A stretch of DNA of 64,000 bases from Nanobdellota archaeon (GCA_051819805.1 JBNJHD010000001.1:8962-72961); one strand, 5' to 3'. Shown: positions 28,309-41,600, counted from the stretch's first letter. The notes: a model not told the origin generated them from the letters alone. Program-made: numbers and translations.

Positions 28309-30162
28309 ATGATAGCAAAAACGCCGCAACTCAAGACGACAATCACAGAAGACGATCTCAATGAACTCAAACTCACTTGCGGGCTGGAGATTCATCAGCA
28401 ACTTGAAGGGAGGAAGCTCTTCTGCCACTGCCCGACAATTATCCGCGATGACAAGCCGGACTTTGAAGTGAAACGACACTTGAGAGCGAGCGCTGGAGAA
28501 TCAGGGCTGGTGGATAAGGCAGCAGCTGCTGAGACGAAAAAGAAGAAACACTTCATATACCAAGGATACAATAACACGACGTGCCTTGTGGAACTTGATG
28601 AAGAACCACCACACGAAGTGAGCGGAAAAGCGCTTGATTCTGCATTATCACTTTCCAAACTCTTCTCGATGAACATCGTAGACCAAGTACGTTTCATGAG
28701 AAAGACAGTCGTTAACGGGTCGAACACGTCAGGATTCCAACGGACAGCAATGATCGCATCAGACGGAAATCTTGAAACAGAAAGCGGTAACAAGATTGGT
28801 GTCGAAACTATTTGTCTGGAAGAGGATTCTGCAAAGGATATCGCTACGACCGGTAAATCAAAAACATACAACCTCTCACGACTGGGAATACCTCTCATTG
28901 AAATAGCGACAGCACCTGACATACATCATCCGGAGACAGTCAAGGAAGTGGCAGAATTCATAGGGATGGCTCTACGAAGCCTTGACAATGTCAAACGAGG
29001 ACTCGGGACGATCAGGCAAGATGTCAACATCTCCATAGAGAAAGGAGTGCGCGTGGAAATCAAGGGGGCACAGGATCTCAAGATGTTATCTGCACTAGCG
29101 CGAAACGAGATGTTACGCCAACACAACATGCTCCAGATATTCAAGGAGCTGAAAAACAGGAAGGCAAACGCTGACAATCCTATCCAAGACATCACTAACA
29201 CGATCAAGAATTCAACATCAAAGGTCATACAGAGTGCTCTCAAGAACGAGAACGGAACAGTGCTTGCAGTCAAGCTGGAAGGCTATGCTGGCATTACAGG
29301 ATTGGAAGTCCAGCAAGGACGACGATACGGTTCGGAACTTTCAGACCACGCGAAAGTCATGGGAGTCAAAGGATTATTCCACGCTGATGAACTACCTAAC
29401 TACGGCATCACAGAGGAGGAGAAACAAGCGATATTCCAAACGCTTGATGCGAATCCTGCAACTGACAACTTCCTGCTTATCGCGGCAGAGAAAGAAGTCG
29501 CTACCAGAGCGATGGAAGCAGCGATCAAAGCAGCTGGAACGCTCACGCTCGAAAAATCCGTGCGCCAAGCAAGGTCTGACGGAACGACACAATACATGAG
29601 ACCTATGCCAGGAGCAGCGAGGATGTATCCTGAAACGGACGTCGAGCCGATTACGATCGACAAGGACTCCATCGCTGTGCCGGAATTATTGTCTGATAAG
29701 ATCAACAGACTCTCAAAAAAGTATGATTTATCCGAAGAGATGACAAAACGACTCCTGAAAGACGGAATCAACATCGAGAAACTCACAGAAACATATCCGA
29801 ATGTGAAACAATCAGTTATTATCGACCTCTACTATTCACTACCAGCACAGCTCAAGAAGAAAGAAGGACTCGATATTGAGATGAACCAACATGATGTTGA
29901 CTTGCTCTCACGGCTCAACGATAATATCATCACGAAAGAATCTCTCCCTGAGATCCTGAAACAGCTTGCCCGAGGAAAGAAAGTCAACTATTCAGACTTC
30001 AGGCCTTTGACGATTGAAGATGTCAAGGACGATGTGAAACAAGTGGTCAAGGAGATGGAAGGAGCGCCGATGGGAGCTATCATCGGAAAAATGATGGGCA
30101 AATATAAAGGAACAATTGATGGGAAGGAACTCAGCGAGTATGTCAAGAGTCTTCTGAAATGA
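28309..30162 (+). CDS. gatE: Glutamyl-tRNA(Gln) amidotransferase subunit E
   Basis: 617 aa; GatB/E catalytic fold (..CGLEIHQQL.., Cys cluster CHCPT) and C-terminal YqeY-like domain; follows gatD. Confidence 0.85.
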   Translation: MIAKTPQLKTTITEDDLNELKLTCGLEIHQQLEGRKLFCHCPTIIRDDKPDFEVKRHLRASAGESGLVDKAAAAETKKKKHFIYQGYNNTTCLVELDEEPPHEVSGKALDSALSLSKLFSMNIVDQVRFMRKTVVNGSNTSGFQRTAMIASDGNLETESGNKIGVETICLEEDSAKDIATTGKSKTYNLSRLGIPLIEIATAPDIHHPETVKEVAEFIGMALRSLDNVKRGLGTIRQDVNISIEKGVRVEIKGAQDLKMLSALARNEMLRQHNMLQIFKELKNRKANADNPIQDITNTIKNSTSKVIQSALKNENGTVLAVKLEGYAGITGLEVQQGRRYGSELSDHAKVMGVKGLFHADELPNYGITEEEKQAIFQTLDANPATDNFLLIAAEKEVATRAMEAAIKAAGTLTLEKSVRQARSDGTTQYMRPMPGAARMYPETDVEPITIDKDSIAVPELLSDKINRLSKKYDLSEEMTKRLLKDGINIEKLTETYPNVKQSVIIDLYYSLPAQLKKKEGLDIEMNQHDVDLLSRLNDNIITKESLPEILKQLARGKKVNYSDFRPLTIEDVKDDVKQVVKEMEGAPMGAIIGKMMGKYKGTIDGKELSEYVKSLLK

Positions 30163-30221
30163 ATATTTTTCCTGACCGATAAGCTTTTTAAAAGCGTAAA
30201 GGTTCTCTCTTTTTCAAAGAC

Positions 30222-30572
30222 GGACCCGTGGCCTAATCTGGATAGGGCAGCAGCCTCCTAAGACAGTGGTCAGGGTGCGGCTGTAGAGCAAGTACAGTTA
30301 ATTTGTCCACTGTTTCGGCGAGAGCTGAAGCTTGGGGGTTCGAAACAGCTGGTTACGCTCAGCTGGCACGCATTAAGGGTTTCGTGCGCGTTGCACACTC
30401 AATCCCTTTGGGTTTATTCCCTTTTAATTGCTGCTTACGCTCTGTTGGCATGCATGTAGGGTTTCGTGCGCGTTGCACACTCAATCCCTTGTTTTTTTCA
30501 TGTCGGCTTTAGTTCAAAGCTGGCTTACTGTGTCAAGCGATGTGACTGCTGACGAAAGTCCCCTCGGGTCCG
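30222..30572 (+). tRNA. Putative tRNA-Arg (anticodon CCU) interrupted by two or three introns, including a ~214-nt insertion in the T-loop; no encoded CCA; followed by a T-run
   Basis: 5' acceptor GGACCCG (30222-28) is perfectly complementary to CGGGTCC (30565-71). D-arm GCCT/AATCTGGATA/GGGC; anticodon stem GCAGC with loop CUCCUA.. T-stem GGGGG + TTCGAA (30334-44) is completed by T + CCCCT (30559-64) only after removing 30345-30558. Exon ttcg / intron cgaa could form the 4-bp core of a BHB-like motif. TTTTTTT follows at 30575. Confidence 0.45.
30376..30490 (+). repeat. Two identical 33-nt direct repeats (AGGGTTTCGTGCGCGTTGCACACTCAATCCCTT) separated by 49 nt, each able to fold as an imperfect hairpin
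   Basis: Exact copies at 30376-30408 and 30458-30490. Ends are inverted (AGGGTTT / AATCCCT) with an inner GTGC..GCAC palindrome. Located inside the putative T-loop intron of the tRNA-Arg locus. Confidence 0.6.
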
Positions 30573-30705
30573 CGTTTTTTTACTTCTTTTGTGTAGTGCG
30601 TATACTTCTTGCTCTTGAAAATTGTCATCCTCTTATCGTCATACTTCGTGAACCAATACTTTTATAAAAGGGTTTAATCCTATCAATTGCAGAGGGTTGA
30701 GTACT

Positions 30706-32499
30706 ATGAACAAAAGGGTGAGTGTAGCACTAGTAATTCTATCATTAGCACTATTATTCACGTTGACATCTGCAGTCGATGCTGCTGAACAACGATCGTT
30801 TGTCATTTCAAATTCAAAAGATTGGAAAGAGATTTATGTCGCTGCAGCATACGCTGGAGTCACTGAAGCTGATTACTTCTTCTTCTTCTCAGATTTGGCG
30901 GATGCTGAGATGAAAACGAAGATGATGACCAAAAACGACATGGTCACTGTATTCGAATCATCGGAACGACCTATTATCAAGAATTATGACTCGCGACTTG
31001 ATGTCAATGGATATGATTTCGTAGCCTCAAACAAATACTCTGATCTCACTGAGTTACAGGAAACAGTCTATGAAATGGTGAATCCTGAAGGTTTCGTTGT
31101 TTTCGGAACAGATTACGGTGTAGAACCTGTTGCGGCATTGCCTTTCCTGATACAAAATAAGTTCACTCCATTCTTTTACACTGAAGACAGTGCAGATTAT
31201 ATACAGAACCAAGCTGAAGAACAACGATCCATCTTTATAGGAAGAATACCTGTGCGTAATTTTGAACTTGATAATAAAGAGACGTTTCTAGGAGGCCCCA
31301 TCCAATCAACTTTTGACGTGACTGAAGAAGTCAATAGAAATATTGCCAGTAGTTGGGGTGTAATGACAAGAATCGACCAGATAGAATTTCAATCGCTTCT
31401 TACCGGAAGGCCGGTATTCCTTCATTTCGGAACGCCGTACATGGAACAACTAGCTCAAATCACTAGAGATAGCGGTATCGAACGGTTTGAAGTCATTGGA
31501 GGAGATATGGTCAGTATTGCACAAGACATCGAATCAGCAACAGGCGAGGATCTCAAATTCATGCTCAAATACGGTCGTAAAGTCACTAACTATGCTCCAA
31601 TGGCAGGAGATTCCATTCTTGATATCGATTCAATAGAGTTACCTCGACCGATTGAGTATCTGAGCATATCCGGAGCGACATATTATCCTGAACTTGACGT
31701 TTTGGCACTGAACATCCACAACCAAGGTAATATTGATGAACTAGTCTATTCGAACATGGAATTCGGCGACGAATCATTCTCTGACGAACAACCGCACCAG
31801 GTGCCAGCACAACAGAATATGACGTTCACCTACACAGTCAATATGTCTGAAGAAACTCCTGAAACAATAATTATCACATCACGATATGGATCTGAGACTC
31901 CTCTCACGATCAATATTGAAGAGAACGGGTCGCAGATCATTGAACAAGATGTTGTTGAAGATCCTTTATTCGAGAATCATAGTCTTCTATTCAATAGTGC
32001 TCGCTTGAATACGGAAAATGGTGACTTAGCTATCTCTATAAAGAATAATGCTTCAAAACAGTTAATATATTATGCAGAACTGGTTATTGATGATGGTGAG
32101 ATCATCAGATCATCAAATATCAATCTCGTGGATTCAGGAGCTGAGGATGAGGTAATTATAGGATTCCCGTACATTCCTAATGACGAATTATTGAACAAGA
32201 CTGTGGAATTGACGCTCCGTTACGGAACAAAAGATACGATACTTACTACATCAGATTCATTTATCATCAAAGCCGATGAACAAACAAGTGATGTTCCTGG
32301 AACTGTAGTAATTGCACTCGCTGTGGTCGCTGTAGTGCTCATACTGCTCTTGTTACTTATCGGCAGGAAAAAGAAGAACTCTTCGGAAAATGATGCTCGG
32401 TCAAAACCTGAAGCATCCTCTAGAAACAAAAAGAAGAGTGCTTCAACGAGGAAGAAATCCTCTTCCTCTTCAAGATCAAAACGGACGAAGAAAAAATGA
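30706..32499 (+). CDS. Secreted surface protein with C-terminal TM anchor and K/S-rich cytoplasmic tail
   Basis: Sec-type signal peptide (VALVILSLALLFTLTSAVDA|AEQ), C-terminal TM (VVIALAVVAVVLILLLLLIG) then RKKKNSSEND...SSSSRSKRTKKK. SD-like AGAGGGTTGAG precedes the ATG at 30706 (track start is TTG at 30697). Confidence 0.5.
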   Translation: MNKRVSVALVILSLALLFTLTSAVDAAEQRSFVISNSKDWKEIYVAAAYAGVTEADYFFFFSDLADAEMKTKMMTKNDMVTVFESSERPIIKNYDSRLDVNGYDFVASNKYSDLTELQETVYEMVNPEGFVVFGTDYGVEPVAALPFLIQNKFTPFFYTEDSADYIQNQAEEQRSIFIGRIPVRNFELDNKETFLGGPIQSTFDVTEEVNRNIASSWGVMTRIDQIEFQSLLTGRPVFLHFGTPYMEQLAQITRDSGIERFEVIGGDMVSIAQDIESATGEDLKFMLKYGRKVTNYAPMAGDSILDIDSIELPRPIEYLSISGATYYPELDVLALNIHNQGNIDELVYSNMEFGDESFSDEQPHQVPAQQNMTFTYTVNMSEETPETIIITSRYGSETPLTINIEENGSQIIEQDVVEDPLFENHSLLFNSARLNTENGDLAISIKNNASKQLIYYAELVIDDGEIIRSSNINLVDSGAEDEVIIGFPYIPNDELLNKTVELTLRYGTKDTILTTSDSFIIKADEQTSDVPGTVVIALAVVAVVLILLLLLIGRKKKNSSENDARSKPEASSRNKKKSASTRKKSSSSSRSKRTKKK

Positions 32500-32618
32500 C
32501 GGATAACGGGTTGCTATCTGTCTCCTTCGTATTGTTACTACTACTGTCGTAAACACTAGGTTTATAAATAAAACCTTCTCTGGTTTACATACAGGGTACT
32601 TTCGGAAACAGGGGTGAG

Positions 32619-35600
32619 TTGGTCATACTTAAGCGTACTTTAATATTTTTTATGCTGCTTAGTGTGGTGTTGTCGGGCGTAGCACTGACAATAGCTGCAT
32701 CTAGCGGGCAATCTATCAATCTATCTAGTTCTGGGACTCCTGTTTCTATCCGAATACCATCCCTGACTTCTGAAACCTTAGAACTCACCCTCTCAGGCAA
32801 TGAGTATAGTCCTATCGAGACGAAACGAGACCCTATACGCTACAACGATCCGGTCGGATGGCAGCTCATCCTTTCTAACGGCACGACCAACAAGAGTATT
32901 GACTATACCACACCCGAAATAACTGTCGATGAAAGCATTGATACGACTCCCTCGTCATGGCTTGCGACAATCACATTCTCAACACAAGCATCAACGACGT
33001 ACACTGACCTGCCATACACATTTGAAGCACCGACAACAAGAGATATAGCAACGTCCTCGCTTCTCAGTAAACTGTCAGCAGCAAATGACAGTGTAAGTTT
33101 TATACTGCCACAACTTCATTCTGAACGGACTATCATTATCACAGGAGCACTTGGTAACGGGACGTCACGAACTGCAGTGGCGGAAACTCCTGAAGGGATT
33201 TACACGATTGAGTTGAGCAGCGGTATTCCTGAGGAATTCACTGTGCAAAACGCTTCAATTTCAACCAAGCTTGAAGAACTCAGGACTAACCAGACTCTCA
33301 CTATGCATTTACACGCTCCTGTGGCACTTGATTCAGCAACGACATTCTATATCTGGAACCAAAAACAAAGCGAAAAAATTCCTCTCAGCTATTCTCTCGA
33401 ACATAATGGCACGCTGGCAATCATCAATATACCTCCTTCTCTTCTTGAAATGTTGAGCTTGCCAGAAACATCACAATACTTCTACGGGAATCTCGAACTG
33501 GCAATGGATAATGCTCGGTATTTCACATTCACCACGGATAAAGAATTCTACTTCCCTGAAGAGACAGTGACATTTAACATCCTCCCTGAGAATACGTCAT
33601 CGTTCATCTACGTGACGACTCCTTCTGGAGAACCTGAACTTATTACTGGAACAGAATACACTCCGGAAGTTCCAGGAACCTACACTGTTGATGCCTCGCT
33701 CTATCATGAGAATATCAGTGAAGAACAGGCTCTCACATTTGATGTTCTCAATGCCACTCTTGCAAATCAGACTGAGGATGAGATCGTTCTGGAATTCAAC
33801 AATACCTATGAAGGACAGCAAAAGACTATCAGAGCATCAGTCAAGATTCCTGAACATGCTCGAGACGTTGCCCAACAACTCAATACACTAGAGCAAGAAA
33901 TCAACGTCCTGAAGAAACAAGACGAATTATCAGAGTCATTGAATGCTGTTCAACAGGGATTCAGTGCAATGAGCGCATCAACGAATATGATACAGCAATC
34001 AAATGCTCCTGCTTCTGTGAAAGAACAGATTCTTCAGAAACGCCGGCTTCTCACGCAGAAACGAGAAGAGCTCAAAGAACGAGTCAACAATAGAGTAAAT
34101 GCGACAGTCAATCTCGCTAATTCATCCTCAGACAGGGTCAAATCAATCGCATTCAACAACCTGGAAATCAAGAACGACACGATCGATCTCGGATTCAAAG
34201 AAGATGTCGATATCAACGAAGCGACTTCAAGTTTTGCAGTCGATCCAGAACGAATTAATTTCACGAACGCAACTATCACAGTCAATGCGACAGGAAATTA
34301 TCTATACAAGTGTCGCGATTGGAATTTCAGCGGTCAATACTGTCCGGAACCAGTAACTACCTGTACTGGAGTCAAAGGTGTAAATAGGAGTTGCGAGACC
34401 TATGGCGGTTGGAAGAAACTCAAGAAAGTCACACCAGGACAACTCTACACGATTTCCGTAGTACCGAAAGACCCTGCGTATGCAGAGTATGATGCAACGT
34501 ACACTGCACCTTACTGTAACGTGAGCGAGTCACCATGTATCGCTAACTCGAGTGTGCTCATGTCTTCAGGCACATATACTAACCAAAATGAGCCTAACGA
34601 GCCCAATACAGTTGATGCTTGTACTGATGGTGGAAGCGGTACGTATGAGTCAGATGAGTATGTCCAGAATGTCACGATCACCAGTCTCAATAACAGCAAT
34701 TTCCAGACTGGAGACACAGTTAACGTGTCAGCATGGGTTCATATTTGGGGGACTGCTGATGATGTCGTCAACTTCGTTTACGCAAACGATGCATCAAGCC
34801 CGAGTTGGACAGTCAAGGCAGGAGATGTTCCTCTCGATGGAACCGGCTACCAGCAAGTGAGCACGACATTCACGCTTGATGAAGTGGTGGGAGACCATGT
34901 CATACGAGTGCTCAACGAGTATCAAGGAGCGGCAACGACTACCTGTGCAAGCAACGGATACCATGATAACGATGATGTCGTCTTCAAGGTTGATAGGAAA
35001 TTCAATGTAAGTAATGCCCAATATAATTCGACATTCGGAGCACCATACTGTAGTTACGGGGCAAGTCCATGTATTGCGTATTCAGAACTTCTCAAATCAG
35101 CAGGAACATACACTAATCAGGAAGAGCCGAACTATCCGAATACAATAGATGCATGTAGTGATGGTCATAGCGGTACGTATGAAGGTGATGAGTACGTTCA
35201 GAATATAACAATTGAAAGTCTGAATCATAGTACGCTGCAAGCGGGAGACACTATCAATATCACCGCATGGGTGAATGTTTATGATGCTGCAACTGATGTA
35301 GTGAATTTTGTTTACACGAATGATGCATCATCTCCTTCATGGACGGTGGTTGATGGAGATGTTCCTCTCGGAGGAACCGGCTACCAGCAAGTGAGCACGA
35401 CATTCACGCTTGATGAAGTGGTCGGAGATCATGTCATACGAGTGCTTAACGAGTACAACGGTGCAGCAACAACTACCTGTGCAAGCAACGGGTATCACGA
35501 TAACGATGATGTCGTCTTCAAAGTACAACAGGCTGATACAGCTATCAACTGGCTAAATGAAACTTGGAAGTGGAGAATGCCATTCAACATTTCCAATACA

Positions 35601-38600
35601 GCCGGAGATCTTACTGGTTTCCAAGTTCAAGTCAATCTCACGCCTAGCAACTTTGACTTTGAAAAAGCGAACGCAAACCTGAGCGATCTGCGATTCACGT
35701 ATTACGAACCTGATGCACAGACTGAAATCGAGATCCCTTACTATATAGAATCAAATACAAGTCTCGATTATAGCACAGACGCATACACTGCCAATATATG
35801 GATAAGAACTGATTTGGTCAATGATACGAACACCACACACTATGTCTACTATGGAAATCCTGATGCTCAAAGCGAATCGAATGCAAGCGCGGTCTTTGAT
35901 TATTACAATGGTTTCGAAAGCGAAGTGGGATTCACAGATGGTGATCTCACCCTGACCAGAGATACCAATTCATCAAAGAAAGGAGATTTTGGTGTCACAG
36001 GAAATGGCGGTGGCACTCATACTCAGGCATATCGGAGTGGTGTGAATAGTGGTAGGGATGTGATCTTTGAAGTCTGGACGAAGTCATATGATGATGGGGG
36101 AAGCCAGGATACATCCCTTGCCTCTATCGCATTCGGTCATCCTAATGCAGGCGCAACTACTGATGGTTATCAAGCATTCATCGATGAGAGAGACAACGGT
36201 GAAGCATTCGGTCTCAGAGAAAATTATGGTGTTGGAACTCTTACTGCTTCGGCAACACCATTGACATATTATAATACTTGGTACTTCCAACAAGCGATAT
36301 GGAAATCAAATGGAGAGCTCGTCCACAATCTATATGATGAAGATAAGAATCTTCTTGGTTCAATAACAGCGACAGACAACACCTATACGGATGGAGAGTA
36401 CGGTCTCGGTTTGTGGCAGGCAGCACACTTCGATGAGTACAGGGTGCGAAAATACGCAAATCCTACTCCTGGAATAAGCGGTACTGGTGACGGAGAATTC
36501 GTCGGAGTCATAAACGTCACTTTCGACGAACCTACTGATGGTGATAGTACAGATACGTACAACAGCTTCACGATGAACGGTACTGTCGAATGCATCCGAG
36601 GAAATGATTGCGGTAATATCAGTGTCTGGTACCAATACTACACAACAAGCACGCCAACACAATCAATCACCGAGACCACGACAGCAGACTTCGCAAGCTA
36701 TGAGAGTGAATACAACACGTCACAATCAAACGGCAAACTCTATCTGGAGAACAAGAACTCGGAAACCAGCTGGTGGGATGGTCTCTGGCTGTACAGGCAG
36801 AACTTCACAGTCTACAATCCGAACAGCGATACAATCACTGATTATCAAATCAATCTCCAACTGAACAGTTCAAACACGCAAAGCAACTTCCCATGGAGCA
36901 ACTCAGCAGAATTGCGATTCGTCGTGTATGACAATGATACTGGTGACACCACTCTGGTGGATCACTGGGTTGAATCATGGGATCAAAGCGGTCAGAACGC
37001 AAGCGTCTGGGTTGAGATTCCTGAGTTTGAAGCGCTCAATGATACGATACTGCACATATACTATGGGAACAGCGGAGCGGCAGATATCTCCAACGCTTCA
37101 GCAACAATGCTCTATCATGATGATTTTGAGGATGGAAACGATGATGGGTGGACAGAAGAGACAGGGTCGTGGAGTGTCACAAGCGGTGAATACCAACAGA
37201 CGACAGATATCACTGACTATCTCATCTCATCAGCGGGAAGCAGTTCGTGGACAGATTATACGGTAGAAGCTGATATCAACGTGACAAACGATGGATCGAC
37301 ACGACCATTCGCCGGTATCGTGACACGATTCCAAAATACTGATAATTATTATGTGGCTGTGCTTGATGACTCTACAAACCTTGCAATAAGAAATAGGGTC
37401 GGAGGGGCGTGGGATGTTCAGAACGACTACACGATAAGTTTCGATACTCTTGATTGGACGCATTTACGAGTCGATATCTATGATGATGGAGGACAAGATA
37501 CAGTCAAAGCCAGTGTCAACGGCTATACGCATGCACATAATTTTACCAATTTCAACTCTGGAAAAATTGGTCTTTTCACGCACGGCCACCAACCATACTT
37601 CGATAACGTCATCGTAAGGACATTCGCAGAACAAGAGCCGGTCATCACAGCAGGAACTGAAACAACTTTGGAGAGAGCATCACCGGGAGAATATCTCTCG
37701 GACGTGTTTGATACAGGATCATACGATGCTCAGTTCAAAGGAATAACCTGGAATGAAGAAACAGATGCTGACACGACACTCAACATATACACGAGAACAT
37801 CTCCTGATAATGTATCGTGGTCGAACTGGTTCTTAGAAATATCAGGAAATACTATCAGTTCACCAAAGGATAACAGATACATCCAATACAAGGCTGAGAT
37901 GGGCACGACCGATACTCAAAAGAGTCCCTTGCTTGATGATATCACTATCAATTACACTATTTTAAGCAAGTCATGGAAAAATATTTCTTTATCAGGTCAG
38001 ACCTTCACAACATCAAATCCTTATGAATGTGCTGTTCTCAGTGATAATTGCACACCATCATTAACTGTTCTACCAAAAGAGTTTGGTAATTATTCGCTCA
38101 GGTTCTTGGTTGATAATAATGATTATGATATTATCGATACAACAACTGAACCTCATAATATTACAGTATATCTTCAACCATCCTTTTCCTCGTTCACAGC
38201 AACAGTGAATCCGGTATCTATTAACGATACTACTGAACTCTCAGCAGTACTAGTTGATGGATCTTCCCAATCATTATCAGGATATAATATTACTTTCTAT
38301 GATGAGACACATAATGGTACTGACAGGTATGAAATAGGATCGACACTGACTGATGCTTCAGGAGTGGCAACTATTGATTATCAAGTTCCTATTGATGGAC
38401 AGCTCTCGATTCACACGCTCAACGCAAGCTATGCTGGCGACCTATCTGAGTTCAAGAAAGGAATTGAAGTTACTCGTTCTCTTACAGTCTCTTCAACACC
38501 TAAGTTCAATGCTATTTCAGTCAATCCTGAAAATATCGGTTTCGGAAAGAACCTGACAATCGCAGCCAACATCACAGATGCTGTCGGTCTTTCAACAGTC

Positions 38601-41600
38601 AAGATCAACATCACGGACGAATCAGGAACGACAACACAGTATGACATGGCATTATCAGGACAGTTGTACGAATATACATTCCCTGAAAAATGGGAGACTG
38701 AAGAATATGAGTTCATGATTATAGCAACGAATAATGATGGTATAAGATCAATTTCAGAAACTAGATCATTTGCAGTAGATGTCACTGCAGAATTCGATAT
38801 TGTTACTGAGAAGGATGAATATAAGAATGAAGAACTTGTCAATCTTAAACTAGTGAAAGATGGTTGGTATTATCTTGGATGGACACACCGGACTCCAATC
38901 ACTGTTGTAAGCCAGAACAAACTGAAAGACTTCCAGATATCGTTTGAACTAGATGAAGAGAACTTTCAATTCAATCAGGCTAATGCTGATGGAAGCGATA
39001 TACGGGTAACATATCTCAATAAAACTAGTGGAAACGAGGAAACAATTCCTCATTGGATCGACTCATTCAATAGAACGTCAGAAGAAGCAACTATCTGGGT
39101 AAAAACACCTCTTCTGGATGATGCTATTGATAATGTATTCTACATTTATTACGGAAACGATACTGCGACAACGACAAGCAACGGTACAGATACATTTCTC
39201 TACTTCGAAGACTTCGAAGGAACATTTACCTGGACTGACTATGGTTCAGGAAGCGTTGTGAAAGACTCGACAAGGTCATATGACAACACTTACTCCGGAC
39301 ATAAGATCAACAACAACGATCCTAACGGTGCATACGATGATGTTGGTTTCACGTTCGGACGTGATGTCATCATGGAATTCTGGGTGAATAGGAACGCAGG
39401 ATTTACTGGTGGAAACCAAGATAGGGTTGGTTTCATCGATAATAGCGGTAACGGTTATGGATGGGTATTTATCCATAGTGGTTCTGAAATCGCAGCAGAC
39501 AGGCGTGATTCATATACTGGAAGTAATCTTCCAGGAACAACTGCTACTGATTATACTGACACATGGGTCTTCGGTCGGTTCGTGGTCAAATCGAACGGTG
39601 TCGTAGAAGCATACCGATATGTGAATGACACGTTAGCAGGAAGTATGGCAATCACAGATAATACATACAATAGTTTCACACGAGCATATATCTTTGGTGG
39701 AAACGATTACTGGGTGGATGATATCAGGATCAGGAATTATGATGCAGGAGTCATCGAAAAACAATACAAGATGACAGAACAAGGAATCCATGGACTCCTC
39801 AACAAAGGAGATACTGAATTTGAAGGACAACTAAGAATGCTCGTCCAGGAATGGACAGGATCAAGCTGGCAGAATATCATGCCACCTGTTGTTGAAGATG
39901 AATGGACGAATGTCAGCGGATATGAAGCAATCGAACTTTCAGGTCTTTGGGATGCAAAAGGTGCTTGGAACACTTCAAACCGTGATTCAGGAACATACAG
40001 AGTATATGCTATTATGGAAGATCCTTCCTATAATACGCTATACACTACAGATGGTCAACCGCTTATCGGAACGTACAATTTCACGATCATACAATCATCA
40101 GTAGAGCTGGAAAACCTCACTCACGAGAATGAACATGAAGACACGATCAACGAATACGAAACAGGAGATGTCATCGACTGGATCAACGCGACTGTCAAAG
40201 CGTATGACAACACAGCGTACAATGCCTATGTTAACCTCTCACTCTATGATGATTCTAAACAACCTCTTCCATGGGGGCCTCAAGAAGAGCTCAAGAACTG
40301 TGGAACACTGACTGAAGGAAGCACATGCGAACGACAGTGGACGAATTCCAGCAACGGTTACATCATTCCTCAAGATGCAATTGCAGGAACCTACACCTTC
40401 TACTGGAATGTCAAGTCAGATTCCGATAATGGACCTGTCAACATCAACGACTCAACATCATTCACCATCCACAGTGTCCCATCAACAGTCTCAAGTGCTC
40501 TTGAGAAGATCCGTGTAGAAAAACCTAACTCTACACTCTACAACTTCACGTTCACGAACCCTTGGAGCGAATCGCTCACAAGTACGACTGCGACAATCAA
40601 TTGTCCGACGATGAGCGGCTTTGAGTGCGATTCACTCGTGTCAGGAACAAGAACTGAAAATATAGGTACGGTCACTTCTTCAGACACAGTTACGGTACAG
40701 TTCAATGTCTCGGCTAACGAAAGCGTACCATCCGACAACTATAACATCTCAATAGAACTCAATTACACTAACCCTGGTGCTGAAGATAAAAGCTGGTCAG
40801 GACTCGGTGAGCAGATTGTGGAAGTGAGAATCGCAGGTATACTCGAGATTACAGACTTTTACCATCCTAATAATATTACACGAGGTATCACTTATGACTT
40901 TGATTCCCATATGAACAATTCAGCAGATAATACTGCCAATAATGCATGGTTGAACTACACCTTGCCTGCATCATGGCAACTCATCTCAGGAACCTTAAGC
41001 ACAACTTTCGGTAGTCTTGCACCTGGTGAGATCGGTTGGAACAATATCTCTGCACAACCAGAAGCAGATGCACCTCTTGGACCACGTCAAGTGCGTCTCG
41101 ATTCCGGAGCCGATGATGGTAGGTATGATTTCAAGGTATATTCGGTTGATGTGTACGCTCAAACAAATATCAATGCTTCAAAAGATCGTTATATCGTCAA
41201 CAGAGGAGAGAATGTTAATCTTTCAGCAACATTATATTATGACAACTCATCAACTATCAACGGTCAAGAAATCGAATTCGTCGACACGCGAACAGCGACA
41301 ACAATCGGAACTGCAACAACTAACACGAGTGGAGTAGCGACCATCCCTTATTATATCAACTCAACATCTCCGCTTGGAACTCACACAATAAATGTGACTT
41401 TTGATGGTAGCGTGACTGACTATCTCCGTCCAAGCTATAACACCACAGATATCAATATTCATGAAGTACCTGAAATATCGAATATAGTGATTTCTCCAAA
41501 TGTGACCAGCTATGGACAGGACATATGGATTAACGCGACGATAACAGATACTGATGATGTCGATAGCGCATGGTATGAGATCACATTCCCTAACGGCACT

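Noticed and set aside
30376-30490. CRISPR array interpretation of the two 33-nt repeats
   Set aside because: Only two repeat copies with one 49-nt spacer, no cas genes anywhere in the 64 kb, and the location is inside a tRNA locus. Kept as an alternative hypothesis in findings, not called as CRISPR.
30303-30667. ORFs 30303-30512(+) and 30428-30667(+) as small proteins
   Set aside because: They span the 33-nt direct repeats and the putative tRNA intron and 3' exon. The translation is dominated by the repeat sequence, so this is noncoding.
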